Part shown: piece after piece, positions 59,683 through 64,000 of the stretch
Layout: each line of letters starts with the position of its first letter
How positions within the stretch are numbered: the first letter of the stretch is position 1
Virus record (IMG/VR): IMGVR_UViG_3300001598_001658
Span: 64,001-128,000 of that record
DNA length: 64,000 nucleotides
Origin: a virus
Taxonomy: Duplodnaviria; Caudoviricetes
Reading direction: 5' to 3' (one strand)
Made by a program: the position numbers and the translations under genes
The notes under the pieces: model-generated
What the model saw: the letters and a program-made list of their open reading frames with translations, nothing else
What the model was told of the DNA's origin: nothing
Database searches by the model: none

Positions 59683-60030
59683 TTATTTGATTTCTTTTCT
59701 TTCACATTTAAAACCAGTATTGGCGATTGCGACGAATTCCTGACGTGGTGTCATATGAACACCAATTGATGCAGATACTTCGTATTTGCGGCCCTTTTCA
59801 TCTGTTTCTGTGTGAGCACCGAGATGCTTAAGTACAGTTGCACAGTGTGGATTTTTGATAACCAGTACATCATTTTCTTTAAGGTTTGGGGCTTCTTCTT
59901 TTGCAATGTCATCAGTGACTTTATTGAGCGCATTCAATACTTCCTGAGATGTGCTCTTAGGAATACCACAGTCTTTTTCAATTCTTTCATTAACCGAAGT
60001 CCAGTTAATTGTCTTTACATTTTCAGCCAT
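59683..60030 (-). CDS. HU/IHF-like DNA-binding protein
   Basis: ERIEKDCGIPKSTSQEVLNAL helices, beta-arm AHTETDEKGRKYEVSA and terminal HMTPRQEFVAIAN; GAGGAGG RBS. Confidence 0.65.
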   Translation of the reverse strand: MAENVKTINWTSVNERIEKDCGIPKSTSQEVLNALNKVTDDIAKEEAPNLKENDVLVIKNPHCATVLKHLGAHTETDEKGRKYEVSASIGVHMTPRQEFVAIANTGFKCERKEIK

Positions 60031-60176
60031 CTTTGGGCCTCCTCTTGTTTTATTTACGATTAGGGATATTAAATGACATTCAAATCCGAAATCATATTAT
60101 TATTTTATGTAATGTATAAAATTTTATACAATCACATTCTAAGAATAATATATAGATATTAATTATCTTATTTTTT

Positions 60177-60425
60177 TTAAACAATGAATAATAAAACTCT
60201 ACCTATAAGCATTATTGCGAAAAACAAAAATGTTGCTGTTAAGAAGATACTGATTCCAAATGCTGCTGGAATACTCATTTTTCGTCTTCTTCCGGTAAAA
60301 TTTGCATTGTTTGGATTCTTAATATCGATATAAGTTTTTGTAGCTATAATACCTTTAACGATTCCAAATATGCATGCTATCATAATAGCTAAGCATACTA
60401 CCCAATTCAAAATTTCAATTATCAT
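60177..60425 (-). CDS. small two-TM membrane protein
   Basis: Two hydrophobic helices separated by a basic loop; AGGAGG RBS. Confidence 0.7.
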   Translation of the reverse strand: MIIEILNWVVCLAIMIACIFGIVKGIIATKTYIDIKNPNNANFTGRRRKMSIPAAFGISIFLTATFLFFAIMLIGRVLLFIV

Positions 60426-60510
60426 TTCAAAATCCTCCTAATGATTTTGTATCAAACTATAATATACAAATAAAATTATATTATAATTTTCAATATATAT
60501 TATTTGTTGA

Positions 60511-63231
60511 ATGAGGTTTAAAAATATGGTAAAGATTAGAAGATTATATATAGAAAATTTTACGATTCTTAAAGAAGTAATGGGAAAAGACAAAATGGAA
60601 ATATCTTTCTCAGATAATCCATTATGTATAATTATTGGAAAGAACGGATCTGGTAAAAGTTTCTTAATGAGTTGGATTAGTCCAACACCTTTCGATTTAG
60701 TTAAAAATCGATCTGTAAATCCTGCGATCCCAGATAAAACTGGTATTAAAGAAATAGATCTTGAATTAGATGCAAAATATATCTATAAAATAAAAATTAT
60801 TTATGAAAAGAAAACATCTTGTTTTATTCATAAATATAATAGATATACTAATGAAGATCTTGGTGAATTAAATCCAAACGGTAATGTGACTTCGTATTAT
60901 GACGTTCTTGAGAAAGAATTAGGATTTACAAAATCCTATATCAATATTGGTTATTTATCTGATAATGTAACAAATATTATTAGTATGAAACCGGCGGAAC
61001 GATCATCTTATATAAGCGTATGGTTACCACAGTTAAATGAATTTATTGATGCATATAAAGTTGTATCTAAAAAAGCAAATATTATCAATCGTCAAGTAAA
61101 CATGCTTAATGCCGATATTGGTAAACTTTCGGATACAGATTATGATGTATTAATAACAAACTATACTACAAATATTGCTGAATTAGAAAATTCATATCAT
61201 GAATATTTAAAAATGCAGAGTAAAACTCAAGCATATTTAAATATTTTAAAACCTATTACTAGAGACGTTTTAGTATCAAAAATTGATATGTTCAAAAATA
61301 AAGTCAAACTTCTTAATCAAGAACGTATTGAAATAATGGATGCAAGAGCATTATTATCAAAATACTCTGGTAAAAATGGAAAGAAATTAATGGAAGAAAC
61401 GATTAATAAGTGTACCAATGATTTGGCTATACTTGGAACTAAGATCTCAAACATCGATTCAAATCTTTCTTCTATTGAAAGTGAAATGAATGAAATAAAT
61501 TCAAATAATCAAGAAATTGATGAATCAACATTTTTATCTATCGAATCAACTATTGAACATTTAAAATCTGAATTGGAATCTTTGAATAAAACTAAAGATG
61601 ATATTCTTAAAGAAAAACCTGAATATTCTGAAGTTGATAATATTGATAAAAGTGAAATAGATATTTTTAGATCTTTTATGGATGATCTTAAAGAATTAAG
61701 AAATAAAATTACTTCTTTAGTAGATTCATCTTATTTAAAAGATAATGAATATTTAAACTCATCAAATGATAAAATTATTCAGTTAAAAGAAACTTATGAA
61801 AAGAATTTAGATAAATTAGAAGCTGATATATTATCTGTTTCAAATAAAATATATTTATTGAAAAATTCTGATATGAGTTATATGCTCAAATTTAAACCAA
61901 CCGATTGTACTCGCACGTGTGGTATTGTTCAAGAATTAATGAAATATGCAGATCCTAGAACAGAGATCGATAAAACTCAAAAACTCTTGGATGGTTTGAT
62001 TATTGAGAAAACCGAATTAAATAATAAGATCATTAAATTATCAGATGAATCTCATAATATGCTTCTTGCACTTGAATCTATTAACGAAATGAATCATAAG
62101 ATTTTTAATCGTAAAGATCTCATTTCAAAGATGCCATCTGATATAAGAACTTTATTTGAAAATCCCGATATTTGTGTTATACTCACATCTATTCCTACTT
62201 TATTAGATAAAACTGATGATTATAAAGAATATATTTATCTAAATGAAAAAATTGATACCACTGCTAAGTCTTTAGAAACATCAAGTATTACTTTCAATTT
62301 ATTGAAACAGAGAAAATCTATAAATGATAAATGGCTTAAACTTCATGAAAAATATGAAGAAATGAATAAAACACGAAGATTATTGATTGATGAATTTACT
62401 CAGACAGAAAATAAAGAAAAACAGCTTAAAGCATTAAACGAACTCAATGAACGTAGCAATGCACAAATTGAGGAATATAATTCTAAAGCTGATCTTTTAA
62501 TTACTGAGAAAAAGACATTAAAAGAATTATCCAAAAATTATTATCTGTATAATTCATTTAAAGAATCTGATCGTAAATTAGAGATTTGTATCTATCAAAC
62601 AAAATCCGATCTTGATGGATTAAAATCAAAAATTGAAATCATTAAGAATAAAAAGAATTCAATGATGACACTTATCGAAAATAGAGATAACCTCCTTAGA
62701 AAGAAAAAGAGATATGATATCTTGTCTGACGTTTGGAGTCCAAAAATTGGATATCCTGCTCTCCAGATGGAAGAATGGTTAGATGATCTCACAATTCAAA
62801 CAAATAGCGATTTGGAGAAAATGTGGGGATCAGAACTCAAAATTGAACAATTTAAGATTGGTGCTGATGAATTTAATATTTCTATTAATCGAAATGGTGA
62901 AATTATAGAGGATGCATCTGAATGTAGTGCTGGTGAAAGATCTACATTATCATTAGCAATTTCATTTGCAGTAATTGAAATTAACCTTAGATATAGAAAA
63001 TATAATATTCTTAGATTCGATGAATTAGATGGACCGTTTGATGCAGATAGACGAAAATCTTTTATTGACGTTTTGAATAATCGAATGGCAGATCTTGATT
63101 GCGGTAGCGCGTTTATAATTTCACACAATAATGAATTTGGCGATACTCCGGCAGATGCAATTTTATTATCTGAAACAGAGGAGAAAGCAGATTTTATAAA
63201 TAAAACTATCGTATATAGTGCAAAAAAATAA
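60511..63231 (+). CDS. sbcC: SbcC/Rad50-like SMC-family ATPase
   Basis: Walker A GKNGSGKS, long coiled coil with central CTRTC, signature CSAGE, Walker B/D-loop ILRFDELDGPFD, H-loop IISH; start may be 60526. Confidence 0.9.
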   Translation: MRFKNMVKIRRLYIENFTILKEVMGKDKMEISFSDNPLCIIIGKNGSGKSFLMSWISPTPFDLVKNRSVNPAIPDKTGIKEIDLELDAKYIYKIKIIYEKKTSCFIHKYNRYTNEDLGELNPNGNVTSYYDVLEKELGFTKSYINIGYLSDNVTNIISMKPAERSSYISVWLPQLNEFIDAYKVVSKKANIINRQVNMLNADIGKLSDTDYDVLITNYTTNIAELENSYHEYLKMQSKTQAYLNILKPITRDVLVSKIDMFKNKVKLLNQERIEIMDARALLSKYSGKNGKKLMEETINKCTNDLAILGTKISNIDSNLSSIESEMNEINSNNQEIDESTFLSIESTIEHLKSELESLNKTKDDILKEKPEYSEVDNIDKSEIDIFRSFMDDLKELRNKITSLVDSSYLKDNEYLNSSNDKIIQLKETYEKNLDKLEADILSVSNKIYLLKNSDMSYMLKFKPTDCTRTCGIVQELMKYADPRTEIDKTQKLLDGLIIEKTELNNKIIKLSDESHNMLLALESINEMNHKIFNRKDLISKMPSDIRTLFENPDICVILTSIPTLLDKTDDYKEYIYLNEKIDTTAKSLETSSITFNLLKQRKSINDKWLKLHEKYEEMNKTRRLLIDEFTQTENKEKQLKALNELNERSNAQIEEYNSKADLLITEKKTLKELSKNYYLYNSFKESDRKLEICIYQTKSDLDGLKSKIEIIKNKKNSMMTLIENRDNLLRKKKRYDILSDVWSPKIGYPALQMEEWLDDLTIQTNSDLEKMWGSELKIEQFKIGADEFNISINRNGEIIEDASECSAGERSTLSLAISFAVIEINLRYRKYNILRFDELDGPFDADRRKSFIDVLNNRMADLDCGSAFIISHNNEFGDTPADAILLSETEEKADFINKTIVYSAKK

Positions 63232-63268
63232 TTAATATACCGGGATAAAATTCCCGGTATATTTTTTT

Positions 63269-63320
63269 AAATCCTATGAATCGTAATAAACACGTTTCTC
63301 AATCACATATTATATTGTGA
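63269..63320 (+). promoter_or_regulatory. extended conserved motif, copy C
   Basis: AAATCCTATGAATCGTAATAAACACGTTTCTCAATCACATATTATATTGTGA. Confidence 0.65.
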
Positions 63321-63351
63321 TAAAGGATATTAATAATATCCGAGGAGAAAA

Positions 63352-63579
63352 ATGATAAATAATAAATTATTCCGTTTCTTGAATTCATTAAATGAAACAT
63401 CCATTTTAATCGTGATGGCATATATTCGATTAAATGGTCGCTGTTCTACAACATTAAATCTTTGCTATCTTGATGTTCAGATTCTTAAGGGTTATTCAAT
63501 TAAAAAAGAAGACTATCCATTTATCGAAGATTGGTATAGTAGAAATTACAATGAAGAGGACGAAAAAATTGCTGCGTGA
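63352..63579 (+). CDS. hypothetical protein (75 aa)
   Basis: GAGGAG RBS, promoter motif upstream, hairpin downstream. Confidence 0.7.
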   Translation: MINNKLFRFLNSLNETSILIVMAYIRLNGRCSTTLNLCYLDVQILKGYSIKKEDYPFIEDWYSRNYNEEDEKIAA

Positions 63580-63629
63580 ATATAATAAAAGTAGCTGGAT
63601 TTTAAATCCAGCTACCTGCAGTAATTTTT

Positions 63630-63998
63630 TTACAATTCAAAATCGATTCCGCCAAATTCTAAAAGATCATTGGCATCATCAAGTTGTTGAGCTAATGTTT
63701 TTTCTTCAACGGTTGAAGCAAAAATATCATAAGCATGTGGTCTTTCAATTTTGTTTTGTTTTCTTATATTTTTTAACGGATCCTTCATAGTATTTGCACT
63801 AGTATTAGTTGGCGTTAATAAAATAGCTTCAGCGGTAGAATCGAGATTTTCCTCATCAGAAATGAACGGATTAATCTTATCATCTTCTTTTTCAATAACA
63901 AGCGTTTTCTTATAAACGCGTTGATAAAGAATTTCCTCTGCTTTAAGCGCAGGGATTAAACCCATTTGCTTAAAATTTTTTGCTGTTTCATTATGTTG
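63630..63998 (-). CDS. C-terminal part of a gene extending beyond the window
   Basis: The frame of ORF 63630-63965 stays open to the window edge. Confidence 0.6.
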   Translation of the reverse strand, partial: QHNETAKNFKQMGLIPALKAEEILYQRVYKKTLVIEKEDDKINPFISDEENLDSTAEAILLTPTNTSANTMKDPLKNIRKQNKIERPHAYDIFASTVEEKTLAQQLDDANDLLEFGGIDFEL

Positions 63999-64000
63999 CT

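Noticed and set aside
60177-60425. Holin call for the two-TM protein
   Set aside because: Not linked to the lysin or to a late promoter; topology alone is insufficient

Overview
Very AT-rich (GC roughly 25-30% by eye), densely coded segment of a jumbo myovirus genome, most similar in organisation to the AR9/PBS1/phiR1-37/phiKZ-like phages. It carries much of the virion module: terminase large subunit, major capsid precursor, prohead protease, several head proteins with [G/S/A]-x-E processing sites, tail sheath, tail tube, baseplate proteins and a 3142-aa tape-measure-like protein with two M15 peptidase domains. Non-structural genes include an SbcC/Rad50 ATPase, an HU-like protein, a CYTH enzyme, a lytic transglycosylase, a frameshifted QueC-like gene and a probable split RNA polymerase beta' fragment. 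Two promoter classes are readable by eye: AACA-N6-TA/G before mostly structural genes (the AR9 late-promoter consensus, which in AR9 depends on uracil-containing DNA) and TATATTAT before non-structural genes. The most unusual region is a 1.7-kb minus-strand non-coding cluster (57961-59680). There three tRNAs (Leu-UAA, Ile2-CAU, Gln-UUG) alternate with several structured RNAs: a tRNA-like RNA with a much enlarged anticodon arm, stem-closed RNAs displaying anti-(Shine-Dalgarno+AUG) sequences, an RNA complementary to one of these, and about 850 nt of large ornate RNA. All functional calls come from motif recognition by eye; no database searches or folding computations were run.
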